Positions 8,313 through 18,099 of a stretch of DNA of 39,107 nt are shown here, piece after piece (position 1 is the first letter of the stretch; each line of letters begins with the position of its first letter). The stretch is from the NCBI GenBank assembly GCA_964549075.1, contig CAZJUB010000019.1, positions 1 through 39,107 of the forward strand. The letters are read 5' to 3'. The translations under genes and the position numbers were made by a program. The notes under the pieces are model-generated. The model worked only from the letters and a program-made list of their open reading frames with translations, was not told where the DNA came from and ran no database searches. This DNA is from an uncultured archaeon. GTDB taxonomy: Archaea > Asgardarchaeota > Heimdallarchaeia > Heimdallarchaeales > Heimdallarchaeaceae.

Positions 8313-9680
8313 ATGAGTAACAAAAGTGAAAAATCTGAATTAGGAGAAGATGTAAAATTACTACAAAAATTGATTCAAAACAAATGTGTTAATCCTCCTG
8401 GGAATGAGATGAAATCAATTAAAACCATCGAAAATTTCCTTAAGAAAAAGGGAATCGAATGTGAAATTTTTGAAACTGCTCCAAATAGAGGTAATCTAGT
8501 AGCAAAAATTGAAGGAAAAGACAAAAATCAGCCTGGTTTAATCTTAGGTCCAAGTCACGTTGATGTAGTTCCTATTGCAAAACCTGATCAATGGGATGTT
8601 GATCCATTTGCTGCAGAAATAAAAGAAGGATCTATTTGGGGTAGAGGAGCTCTAGATATGCTTTTTATTGTCGCAAGCCAAGTTTGCGCATTTGCTAAGC
8701 TTTTTGAGGAAAAGTTCCAACCAAAGGGTGATGTAATTCTATTTATTGTATCTGATGAGGAATGTGGAGGGGAGTATGGAGCAGAATGGATGGTGAAGAA
8801 TCAACCAGAAAAAATCAACATAGGCAAGAAAAAGATGTATGCTGTTACAGAAGCTGGAGGAATGTCAATTGCACCAGGGAAGTTTGTTTTTATTAATGGT
8901 GAAAAAGGAGCTTCATGGAAAATTCTGAAATTTAAAGGTACTCCAGGTCATGGTAGTATGCCTTTTGCAAGCGATAATGCAGTTCTAAAAGCCTCAAAAG
9001 CTGCAACCTTATTATCAGTATATTGTGATAAAAAAATACCTCTTGAAACTAAATATCTAAACAATTTAGCTAAAGGATTGGGTTTGAACTTTCTTGTAAG
9101 ATTATTGTTGACTAGTAAAAGGTTACTTCCCCTAGCTATAAAATTACTCGCTAAACGAGATCCTCAGATGGTCAAATTTATTCATAGTTTAAGTAGAATG
9201 ACTATATCTCCAAATATTATAAAAGGCGGAATCAAAACCAATATTATAGCAACAGAAGCTGAACTCTATTTAGATATTAGGACACTCCCAGATCAAAAAG
9301 ATGACTATGTTATAAAACACATTAAAAAAGCGATAGGAAAACTTTCAGATGAAGTAGAAATTCTCACTCATACTGATGCTGGAATTATGTCTGAAGGAAC
9401 AGAAAGTCCTTCACAATCTGAATTTGTTGATGCAATGGAAAAAGCGATAGCTAAAGAACTTCCATTAACGAACATGGTTCCTTTAATAGCCATGGGGGCT
9501 ACTGACGGAAGATTTCTTAGAGAAAAAAATTTTGACACTTATGGATTCTCCTTATATGATCCTGAACTACCACTAAGCCATTTCATCTCTCTAGCTCATG
9601 GGGTCAATGAAAGAATTAGTCTAAAGACAGTTAAACTATCTACAAATGTATATTATAATTTAGCTAAAGAATTTCTCTAG
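8313..9680 (+). CDS. M20/M25/M40 metallopeptidase (aminoacylase/ArgE-DapE-like)
   Basis: SHVDVVP, GRGALDM, SDEE, GATDGRF and AHGVNERI. Confidence 0.93.
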   Translation: MSNKSEKSELGEDVKLLQKLIQNKCVNPPGNEMKSIKTIENFLKKKGIECEIFETAPNRGNLVAKIEGKDKNQPGLILGPSHVDVVPIAKPDQWDVDPFAAEIKEGSIWGRGALDMLFIVASQVCAFAKLFEEKFQPKGDVILFIVSDEECGGEYGAEWMVKNQPEKINIGKKKMYAVTEAGGMSIAPGKFVFINGEKGASWKILKFKGTPGHGSMPFASDNAVLKASKAATLLSVYCDKKIPLETKYLNNLAKGLGLNFLVRLLLTSKRLLPLAIKLLAKRDPQMVKFIHSLSRMTISPNIIKGGIKTNIIATEAELYLDIRTLPDQKDDYVIKHIKKAIGKLSDEVEILTHTDAGIMSEGTESPSQSEFVDAMEKAIAKELPLTNMVPLIAMGATDGRFLREKNFDTYGFSLYDPELPLSHFISLAHGVNERISLKTVKLSTNVYYNLAKEFL

Positions 9681-9764
9681 CTAATTTAATTTATTATACT
9701 TAATCCTAGTTGTGAGAACGAATAATGTTTAAATAAATCTGATATTAATTTTATTGTGATAAAA

Positions 9765-9983
9765 ATGGATGATGATAAAGTATACAAAATAATTGAACTC
9801 GTAGGTTCATCACCAAATAGCTGGGAAGAAGCAGTTCAAGTAGCGGTTGCACAAGCTTCTAAATCATTGAGAGATTTGAGAGTAGTTGAAGTAGAAAAAC
9901 TTGATGCTAGAATTAAAGATGGTTTGATTGTAGCTTATAGAGCAAAAGTGAAATTAAGTTTCAAATATCAAGTCAGTAGTTAA
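9765..9983 (+). CDS. Dodecin (flavin-binding)
   Basis: VYKIIELVGSSPNSWEEAVQVAV...YRAKVKLSF. ATG at 9765; alternative GTG at 9756. Confidence 0.92.
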   Translation: MDDDKVYKIIELVGSSPNSWEEAVQVAVAQASKSLRDLRVVEVEKLDARIKDGLIVAYRAKVKLSFKYQVSS

Positions 9984-10002
9984 TAATTTTCTCACTTTCA
10001 AT

Positions 10003-10905
10003 TTATTTCTTAAACTTCTTTCTTGCTTGAAGAACGAGTTCATCAGGTCTCTCTGAATAAGGAACATAAAATTGACCAAGTTCCGTATTATTTAATCCTT
10101 TTTTTATTATATCCTTTAAGGTAGAGTTGATTTCAAAACCAACAAAATGCCTGAAAGAACCTTTTGCTGCCATCGCTGTTGTTCCATTTCCCATGAAAGG
10201 ATCGAAAATAACATCTCCTGGTTTACTTCCAAAATCTATACATTTTAAAACCAAATCAATTGGTAATTTTGTTGCATTTTTCTTAACACCTCTCTCATAT
10301 TCTCTCTTGAAATGCCAAACATCTTCAGGATAGTGTTCAATTTTATTAAAGAAATAGTTTTTATCATTTTTGACAGCAAAAAGGACATGATAATGACTTG
10401 TGACAAATTTCCTTCTAGTAAAAACACCGAATTGATATTTCCAAATAATATGATTAATAAGTGCCAAATTATTATCTCTCAAGGAATTTAAAATGTCAAT
10501 CAGATTGCTCCAACCACTAAAAATCCAAACTCCAGCATCATCTTTTAGTAATCGAGGAACCTCACTAATCCATTTTTCTGTGAAGGAAGCATAATTTTCT
10601 AACTGGACATCTTTATAGCCTTCAGCAACAAAATTACTATCACGATTGTAAAGTGGTTCCATATCCCCAAAATTCAAACCAAAGGGAGGATCTGCAATCA
10701 ACATGTCAATACTTTCTGACGGTAAACTTTTCATCCCTTGAATACAATCAATATAGTGGATAACATCTACATCAAAAGTGAAGATTCTATCTTTATATAA
10801 TTTCACTGCCTCTTTAACAGACCAATCCAAAGTTGGCTTGAATTCTGCAGCAGCTTTATGAGGGACATATTTACCTTTCTTCTCCTTTGATTGTGTAGTC
10901 TTCAT
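10003..10905 (-). CDS. DNA amino-methyltransferase (N6/N4 family, beta class), orphan
   Basis: Motif IV DPPF precedes motif I DPFMGNGTT; also IIWKY and TKLP. Confidence 0.92.
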   Translation of the reverse strand: MKTTQSKEKKGKYVPHKAAAEFKPTLDWSVKEAVKLYKDRIFTFDVDVIHYIDCIQGMKSLPSESIDMLIADPPFGLNFGDMEPLYNRDSNFVAEGYKDVQLENYASFTEKWISEVPRLLKDDAGVWIFSGWSNLIDILNSLRDNNLALINHIIWKYQFGVFTRRKFVTSHYHVLFAVKNDKNYFFNKIEHYPEDVWHFKREYERGVKKNATKLPIDLVLKCIDFGSKPGDVIFDPFMGNGTTAMAAKGSFRHFVGFEINSTLKDIIKKGLNNTELGQFYVPYSERPDELVLQARKKFKK

Positions 10906-10918
10906 ATATTCAACTCAA

Positions 10919-11737
10919 TTAGGTACTATTATCTTTTTTTACTATGATTTGATGATATTTTTCCGGTCTTCTATCATTAAAAATATGATTATGGTCACTT
11001 AACCATTTATCTCTAGCTTTCTCTAAATCAATCTCAATAATTTGAATTTCTTCTGTTTGCTCTCCAGCTTGAGCTATTCTTTTAGCATCGGGTGAAGTAA
11101 CTTGACTCTGTCCTTTAAAATGGAGAGAGAATTCACCATTTGTTTCTAAACCTGTTCTATTAGAGGTAATAGTATAAATTTGATTCTCTATTGATCTTGT
11201 AATCATAGCTGTTTGGCAATAAGATAAAACAAGATTTGTTGGATGAGCTAATATATCCATTCCTCTTAAAGCAAGACTTCGTGTAGCTTCTGGGAAAATC
11301 CAATCCCAGCAGATGAGTAGGCCTACTTTCATCCCTTTTACCTCGAATAGGCTGAAATCTCCATCTCCTGGCTCAAAAAACAGTTTCTCTCTATCAAAAA
11401 GATGTATTTTCCTATATTTGCCGATATATCCTTCAGGTCCTACCATTACAGATGAGTTGAAGAATTTACCTCCGGCTTTTTCGCAGACTCCACTTACAAT
11501 ATATCCATCTTTTTGCTTTGCTAATTCCACTAATTTTTCTACAAAATATCCTCCAGGAATCTCCTCAGCAACTTTGTTTATTTCATCTTTAGATGCAAAA
11601 ACATAACCAGAATTTGCTAGTTCTGGTATAACTAGCAAATCAAAATCGTGTTCAGAAGAAATAAGCTTTGATATTTTATCGATATTTTCTTCTACTTGAA
11701 GAAGCTTAGGACCAAATTGAAGAAATCCTACATTCAT
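10919..11737 (-). CDS. Carbon-nitrogen hydrolase (nitrilase superfamily)
   Basis: Glu-Lys-Cys triad in IPEL, YRKIHL and ICWDWIFPE. Confidence 0.93.
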   Translation of the reverse strand: MNVGFLQFGPKLLQVEENIDKISKLISSEHDFDLLVIPELANSGYVFASKDEINKVAEEIPGGYFVEKLVELAKQKDGYIVSGVCEKAGGKFFNSSVMVGPEGYIGKYRKIHLFDREKLFFEPGDGDFSLFEVKGMKVGLLICWDWIFPEATRSLALRGMDILAHPTNLVLSYCQTAMITRSIENQIYTITSNRTGLETNGEFSLHFKGQSQVTSPDAKRIAQAGEQTEEIQIIEIDLEKARDKWLSDHNHIFNDRRPEKYHQIIVKKDNST

Positions 11738-11758
11738 TACTCGAAAAAGGGAATAACA

Positions 11759-12451
11759 CTATTTAAATTTGTGCAAGTCATTTGTTTGGTTTTTCAGATG
11801 TTCTTTAATAACTTCAAAAATTTCTTCAATTGAATTGATAGAATAGGTAGGTGATAAGGCAAGTGCTTTATCAGGTTTTTCTGCACCATAAAGTGCAAGA
11901 ACTGAACTTACACCTGCTTCTTGAGCGCTTTGAATATCAAATTCTGTATCACCTACCATTAAAGTTCTCTTAGGTGAGACACTAAATTTTGACATCATTT
12001 CATGTATAGCACTTGATTTTGAATTCTCTAATGTTCCAATTTGTAAATCGAATAAATGAGTAATTTTGAAATGATGAAGCCATTTTAACAAACGTTCATT
12101 AGTTTTGCGAGAAATTAAGCATACAAAATGCTCTTTTTTGAGATCTTCAAGTGTTGAATGAACATTTGGATATAAATCTCTTAGATAGGAATATTTCTCA
12201 GTTAGAGAAACATAATGTGTTATTGCCTGGTCTATAACTTGAGGATAATCGATACCCAGAAATTCCATGAAATCTTTCCTTTGATCAGTGTTTCCGCCTC
12301 GTTCTCTGAAAACATCTTCTGGAATTTTTTTATTTGTAAAATACTCAACAGTCTCTTGCATCTGAAAAGCATAAGCGCTTTGAGAATCGGCAAGAACACC
12401 ATCAAAATCAAAAATAATTAGCAGACACTTTTCTTCGTTTCTCGGGATCAT
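11759..12451 (-). CDS. HAD-family hydrolase (phosphoglycolate phosphatase-like)
   Basis: IFDFDGVLADS and MVGDTEFDIQSAQEAG. Confidence 0.92.
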   Translation of the reverse strand: MIPRNEEKCLLIIFDFDGVLADSQSAYAFQMQETVEYFTNKKIPEDVFRERGGNTDQRKDFMEFLGIDYPQVIDQAITHYVSLTEKYSYLRDLYPNVHSTLEDLKKEHFVCLISRKTNERLLKWLHHFKITHLFDLQIGTLENSKSSAIHEMMSKFSVSPKRTLMVGDTEFDIQSAQEAGVSSVLALYGAEKPDKALALSPTYSINSIEEIFEVIKEHLKNQTNDLHKFK

Positions 12452-12506
12452 ATGATTGAACCAACTGGATTACACACGACATTACGGAAAGAAGAAAAAA
12501 TAAACT

Positions 12507-13244
12507 TTACTCTTTCTTCAAAGGTGCGCTACAGTTTGTGCAAAAAATTGCATCTTCGTCATTCATCCTACTGCAATTCCAACATTTAATTTTTTTACTT
12601 TTAGAACCAGACATTTGTTGGACTTTTGCTCTCCAATCAAATTCCTCAAAACCAGTAGATTTCTCTTGTAATTTCTGTGCTATTCTATCTTCTACTTTGT
12701 GTAAATCTGAATAAAAACCATCTATTTGCTCGTTTCTTTGACGTCTTTGTTCATATTCTTGACGTCTTCTTTCAAAATCAAATAGATAACGTATATACTG
12801 GAAGAAACCCATTTTCCTTTCTCGTAAAAATCTTGCAATAAGATATACTATACCAGCTAATTCTAAGACACCTAGAATTATATAAACTATGGTCATTACA
12901 ACAGATCCTTCCACACCAAACATTGATATAAGTATACTAGCAGGTAGAAAACCAGCTGAAATTATTAGTATAGGCAACCCCAGTACTAGGTAAAGAAATT
13001 CGTTTATTGCACTTGCTACAGAATATCCTACCCCAGTCATTAATTCGATCAAATAATAAGTAATAATCACAACTCCAACGACAGTAACAGCTATAATGGA
13101 CAAAAATTTTAGTAAACGAATATTAGCCCAGAATGCGTAAACAACACAAGCAATTACAATTCCGCCTAAAATAAATTGTTGAATTAAATTTTGTCTGTTA
13201 AAAATTTTTCTTTTCCCTTCTGGTAGACCATGCATTATTCTCAT
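12507..13244 (-). CDS. Membrane protein (about 4 TM) with coiled coil and C-terminal zinc ribbon
   Basis: Hydrophobic N-terminal half, an R/Q/E-rich helix, and CWNC-x10-CTNC. Confidence 0.75.
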   Translation of the reverse strand: MRIMHGLPEGKRKIFNRQNLIQQFILGGIVIACVVYAFWANIRLLKFLSIIAVTVVGVVIITYYLIELMTGVGYSVASAINEFLYLVLGLPILIISAGFLPASILISMFGVEGSVVMTIVYIILGVLELAGIVYLIARFLRERKMGFFQYIRYLFDFERRRQEYEQRRQRNEQIDGFYSDLHKVEDRIAQKLQEKSTGFEEFDWRAKVQQMSGSKSKKIKCWNCSRMNDEDAIFCTNCSAPLKKE

Positions 13245-13348
13245 TTCTACGCAAAAATCTACCCTTATTTATTTTACTATGCGAGCAATATGCTTAATCT
13301 GTATTAAAATAAGAAAGTTATTCTAAAAGAAAAGAAAGAAAAAAGAAT

Positions 13349-16072
13349 CTATTCCTCTTTCGTTTTTCTTCGGCGTCTATAAACAACTATAACTTGAACA
13401 AGTAAAAGCGTACCACCTATAGAGAGTAACGTAATCATGTCAAATCCAGATTCTTGTATTGGAGGATTGAATATCATTGTATAGTTGAGAACACTTCTAT
13501 AAAAAGTCCCGTTTGCATCGACAACTGAGATGAAGAATTTAATAATCATACCTTCAGGGTATCCTCTACCAAAAGATGCATAGTAAGCCAGCGGAGATAA
13601 AGAGGAGTTATAATCCATAACACCTGAAAAGAATTGGGTTTCATTTGTTTGAGGATCTATCTCATACCAAGAGAGATTAACATGCCTTTTTCCAGCAATG
13701 ATTTGAATATCGGTTTTATTTTTAACACTGACATAAACATAATATTCAGTATCTTGGTAAAAGGTATTTGTGACTACTGTAATATCCCTCTCTGCTGATT
13801 GAGAATATGTTACAACTCGAACTTCAGGAACACCTATGACTATAGGTGTCTGTTCTGATTCTCCAATAGAGTAAGTTGCGTTCTCTGAGAAAATTGATTG
13901 GTCAAGCAAATCTATAGTATAGTTAACCATTATTCTATAGGTCACTTGGTAAGCATATGGTAATGGTTCAATTATTCCGTAGAATTGACTAATTGCACCT
14001 ATAGAACCTATTGGTGTTTCTGTTGAGGTAATGTCAATCAACCTCCATACTGTTTCGTTGATCAGATTGTATTGGAGATAAACAACAACATCTTCTGTAT
14101 CCTCTGGAATAAAGATTTGAGTAGTAATTGTAACAACATCTATATCAGTTGGATCTTGAAAATCTCTTGCAAGATATTCAACAGAAGGTTTAACATTATA
14201 TTTTGTGGTTTGTGGATAATAATCTGTGATATTGTATGTAACAGAATCAACAATAAATGTATCTATAAGAACAGGATCTACACCTGTCTCAGCTTCATAG
14301 TAATTCCCAACATAAGTAACATTAGTCAATTGCTTATAAAATGTTCCATAACTATTATCGATACTACCATAATTTCCTACATTCAAGAAATTATTATAAT
14401 ATACAACAAATCCAGTAATAGCAGATAAAGTGATAGCATCTTCTGTGATTTCATCAAAGGTATTACCATAAATACGAGCTTGCCTACAACCTAGTAATTG
14501 AATTCCTCGTGTTAATTCAGTATATTGTCCATCTCTAATTGTAATTCCAAATGTATTTCGTCCAACTATTCCAATGTTGGAAGTACTAACATCATTACCT
14601 GACATTTCGATGTTTTCAGAGAACCAAATGCTTAGTCCATAAACTGAATCAAAAACACCATTGCTTGCAAGAGTCGCTTTTGTTACAGACCATAAAGAGA
14701 TACCATATTGTGCATTAATAGCTCCATTTGCAGTGAGAATAATTTCTGTAGTCGTTTCAATATAATATCCACTAATTGTGTTATTCACTGTATTTCCTAG
14801 AACACTTATATCTCTAGAATAAATAATTGCAATACCATCTTGAACAGTATCAAGAATATTTTCTTGAACTAAAATAATTCTTCCATGAGTAACGATGATT
14901 CCTCCAAGAGAATTTGTTATGGTATTCATAAGAATGTCTGATTCTCTTGTTTCATCTATTTCAATAGCATAATATGTGATACCAGTAAAAGCGTTATCAG
15001 AAACATACATTCCATCTGAATCATAAGCATAAACTCCAGATGAAAGATTATTGAAGTAATTATCTACAACAGAAACAGGCGATACATCTAGACTTATTCC
15101 TGTATCACTATCTACAAAACTATTCTTTTGTATATAAGTGGATCTAGTACTTGCAGCTTCAATACAATTCTCAACTATATTTGTGAAATTATTATATTCA
15201 TAATTTCCAAAATCAGAATTATCAAGAGATAAGCCTGTTTGAAGATTTTTCAGATCATTGTTGAGAAAATGTATTCTAGAATCAGATAAGAGTGCTCCTG
15301 TAGTTATATTATCAAATGTATTCCACTCATAAATTAGTTGAGAACCTGCAGTATTTGTTCTTGAAAAATCATCAACTATTAAACCTGTTTCTACTATATC
15401 TAGGAAATTATTATAACCAATTGTACCTGTAGTAGAATCGTCAATGTTTATACCATAAGCAAGTAATTGGAAAGTATTGTGTTGTACAACAACATTATGT
15501 CCTTCGACTATTTGAACACCAACTGAGCTGTTGAAAAATGTACTCTCTTGAAAATCTATATCCCACATTTTTTGTAATCTGAATTGTTCAAAATTCTCAA
15601 AGGTTGTTCTAATTGAGATAAACTCACAGACTTTTACACCATATTGAGTAATTGAAAATTTAGCATTAACTAAATAACTGTCAATGAAAGTATAATTTGA
15701 ACCAATAGTAGGTAAGCCCACATTTGAAACTGATGTAATTGTATAAGTATAAGATGAATCAGTTACGGTAATATTACTATTTTCAACATATAATGCCCCG
15801 CCTTGTTGAACATCTATTCTTAATAGATCAGCATTTACATAAAAATTCGAATTAAGGATTCTTAACTCGCCACCGGTTCCAATATTAACAGTCTCGTTTA
15901 AATAATAATCAATACCGTCAATTGTTTCTAGACTAGTAATATCCCACTGAAGACTATCAACTGGCAATGGAGTAGTATCCACACCAATCGCATTGACAAT
16001 AGTTGTTCCAAGTAATAATCCTATAACAATTGAGAATGTAAAAATGGTAATATTTTTCTTAGAAACCTTCAT
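13349..16072 (-). CDS. Cell-surface right-handed beta-helix (NosD/pectate-lyase-like) glycoprotein
   Basis: Signal peptide; repeats of about 22 aa (GI.l..s....i..N.f); many N-x-S/T sequons; C-terminal TM followed by RRRRK. Confidence 0.85.
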   Translation of the reverse strand: MKVSKKNITIFTFSIVIGLLLGTTIVNAIGVDTTPLPVDSLQWDITSLETIDGIDYYLNETVNIGTGGELRILNSNFYVNADLLRIDVQQGGALYVENSNITVTDSSYTYTITSVSNVGLPTIGSNYTFIDSYLVNAKFSITQYGVKVCEFISIRTTFENFEQFRLQKMWDIDFQESTFFNSSVGVQIVEGHNVVVQHNTFQLLAYGINIDDSTTGTIGYNNFLDIVETGLIVDDFSRTNTAGSQLIYEWNTFDNITTGALLSDSRIHFLNNDLKNLQTGLSLDNSDFGNYEYNNFTNIVENCIEAASTRSTYIQKNSFVDSDTGISLDVSPVSVVDNYFNNLSSGVYAYDSDGMYVSDNAFTGITYYAIEIDETRESDILMNTITNSLGGIIVTHGRIILVQENILDTVQDGIAIIYSRDISVLGNTVNNTISGYYIETTTEIILTANGAINAQYGISLWSVTKATLASNGVFDSVYGLSIWFSENIEMSGNDVSTSNIGIVGRNTFGITIRDGQYTELTRGIQLLGCRQARIYGNTFDEITEDAITLSAITGFVVYYNNFLNVGNYGSIDNSYGTFYKQLTNVTYVGNYYEAETGVDPVLIDTFIVDSVTYNITDYYPQTTKYNVKPSVEYLARDFQDPTDIDVVTITTQIFIPEDTEDVVVYLQYNLINETVWRLIDITSTETPIGSIGAISQFYGIIEPLPYAYQVTYRIMVNYTIDLLDQSIFSENATYSIGESEQTPIVIGVPEVRVVTYSQSAERDITVVTNTFYQDTEYYVYVSVKNKTDIQIIAGKRHVNLSWYEIDPQTNETQFFSGVMDYNSSLSPLAYYASFGRGYPEGMIIKFFISVVDANGTFYRSVLNYTMIFNPPIQESGFDMITLLSIGGTLLLVQVIVVYRRRRKTKEE

Positions 16073-16151
16073 CTAAATTAACCTCGAACTTAGTCTTAAT
16101 TTATTCAATCGTGATGAATGAACATTTTTAAAGTTTCTGTAAGCACTGCAA

Positions 16152-17531
16152 TTGAATAGAATTACAGCACAATTACGAAACTTATTCTTATTAGCAAATT
16201 TTAGAAAACAGAGTGCTATAAAAATATTTTTTAAAAGGCACTATTTTACACATTTGGTTCTTTTGGAAACTACTGATGAACAACTGCAAGAGAAGAATAC
16301 TTCTAAAAAGGAAAAAATCAAAACAATGCTTGTAGCTGCAGCAAATACAAGTGGACAACAATTTTACTTTAATTATGCCAATTTGGTTGCTGTCGGAATT
16401 GGAGCTACACCTATTGAGATGTCTTTCATTACTAGTATCCAGAATTTAGGATCAGCTCTACTACAAGGTTTTTTTGGAAGACTATCTGATAAAATTGGCA
16501 GAAAAATAGTTCTTCTACTAGGTTTCATTATAGCTACAATAACAACAGCATTTCTTGCTTATAACTCTTCAACTATTTCTTTTATGATTATTATTGCAGC
16601 CTATTCTATTGGAATAAGTATGATTATACCAAGTTGGAATGCATTAGTTGGAGACATTTCAACAGAAAAAAGTAGAGTCAAAATACTAGGGCAATTAGGT
16701 ATGATTGGAACAATAACTGCTTCAATTATTCTTTTAGTTCTTGGTTTTTTTACAGATTATTTGCCTTTCCCTGAAACTTACTGGATTTTTCCAGAAGGTT
16801 TGACTGACTATAAATATCGTTTCATGATGTTTTGTGGAGCTTTGTTATTTGCTTTAGCATCTATATTCGTGATATTTCTACAAGAAACCAATCGATTTAA
16901 AGCTAAGAATCCTTTTCAATCAATCAAAAAAACTTTTCAGAATAGAAAATTCGCAATTTTCACAGCAGTAACTCTTGTTTGGTGGTTTGTTATGAGTTTT
17001 TTATGGCCTTTGAATCCTTACATTTTAAAAAGACTAAATCCAAGTAGTGCAGAAGTCGCTGTTCTATCTGCTGTTTTTTCAGCATCAATGGCTATTGCTC
17101 AAATCTCAGCTAAAAAAGTAGTTAACAAGATTGGTCGAAAAATGACAATTTTCGTCGGATTGATTTCTTTCTGTTTAGTGCCATTTATATTAATTTTTAG
17201 CTATTACTGGTACATAATAATATTTGCCAATATATTTGGAGGAGCTTCAAATGGAATAGTTATGGTAGCTATCAATGCAGAAATTCTTGATATGGCAGAT
17301 CTAAAAACTAAAGGCGCGTATACAGGTGCCTATAATCTTATGATGGGAGTTGTCACTTTTTGTGGATCTTTTCTATGTGGAATTATATTCGAATTTGTAA
17401 CTAAAGGAATAAGTTATCTTGAAAATAGTTTTTTCTATATTCTTCAAATCACGTTGATAATTTTGACTATTACTAGGTTAGGTGCATCAGTACCTGTTTT
17501 AATATATGCTTTGAAAAATCGTCAAGCATAA
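16152..17531 (+). CDS. MFS transporter
   Basis: Motif A GRLSDKIGRK, repeated as VNKIGRK; about 12 TM. The true start is probably downstream of 16152. Confidence 0.92.
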   Translation: MNRITAQLRNLFLLANFRKQSAIKIFFKRHYFTHLVLLETTDEQLQEKNTSKKEKIKTMLVAAANTSGQQFYFNYANLVAVGIGATPIEMSFITSIQNLGSALLQGFFGRLSDKIGRKIVLLLGFIIATITTAFLAYNSSTISFMIIIAAYSIGISMIIPSWNALVGDISTEKSRVKILGQLGMIGTITASIILLVLGFFTDYLPFPETYWIFPEGLTDYKYRFMMFCGALLFALASIFVIFLQETNRFKAKNPFQSIKKTFQNRKFAIFTAVTLVWWFVMSFLWPLNPYILKRLNPSSAEVAVLSAVFSASMAIAQISAKKVVNKIGRKMTIFVGLISFCLVPFILIFSYYWYIIIFANIFGGASNGIVMVAINAEILDMADLKTKGAYTGAYNLMMGVVTFCGSFLCGIIFEFVTKGISYLENSFFYILQITLIILTITRLGASVPVLIYALKNRQA

Positions 17532-17579
17532 TTTATCAGTGTCGAAAAAGTTAAAACAGACACATTAAAACTGGTCTCA

Positions 17580-18065
17580 ATGAATTTTTTTCAGAGAGCT
17601 CATTATTGTCCAAAATGTGAGAAAAAGGTCTTTTTCTTGAAATTGATTAATAGAGAATCTATTGAAAGAGATTATAAATGTACAAGATGTCAAAGCAAAG
17701 TGATTTCATATTGGGAAAGTTTAGATAAAAAATATATTATTTCTTATCTAATAGGGACACCATTTTTTGCAGGTTCAGTTATATATGGTTTCTGGACTTC
17801 AATCAATAGTCCAGTTAGACCAGTTGATATTTTCATAATGATAATAAATATTCTAATAGCAGCTTTTATTGTGGTTAATGGTATGAGATTTAAACAAAAA
17901 TCCATAATTCCTAAGAAATCTGTAAAAAGCTTATACGAACTCAAAGATTATAGAAAACAGAACCTATGGACATTATTATTTGTATTTTTAGGACTAATTG
18001 CTGTAATTTTAGGAGATATTATCATCTTCTTCATATGGACAGGTATAGAATCATCTATTGTTTAA
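17580..18065 (+). CDS. Small membrane protein with N-terminal C4 zinc finger
   Basis: CPKC...CTRC followed by three hydrophobic segments. Confidence 0.65.
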   Translation: MNFFQRAHYCPKCEKKVFFLKLINRESIERDYKCTRCQSKVISYWESLDKKYIISYLIGTPFFAGSVIYGFWTSINSPVRPVDIFIMIINILIAAFIVVNGMRFKQKSIIPKKSVKSLYELKDYRKQNLWTLLFVFLGLIAVILGDIIIFFIWTGIESSIV

Positions 18066-18099
18066 TCAAGTTCTTTTAAAAAGAAAAGAGTGTTAAGAA

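Noticed and set aside
10003-11737. Restriction-modification or defence island
   Set aside because: The neighbours are a nitrilase, a HAD and dodecin, with no nuclease motif. The sirtuin is a full zinc-binding deacylase, not a defence SIR2 NADase.
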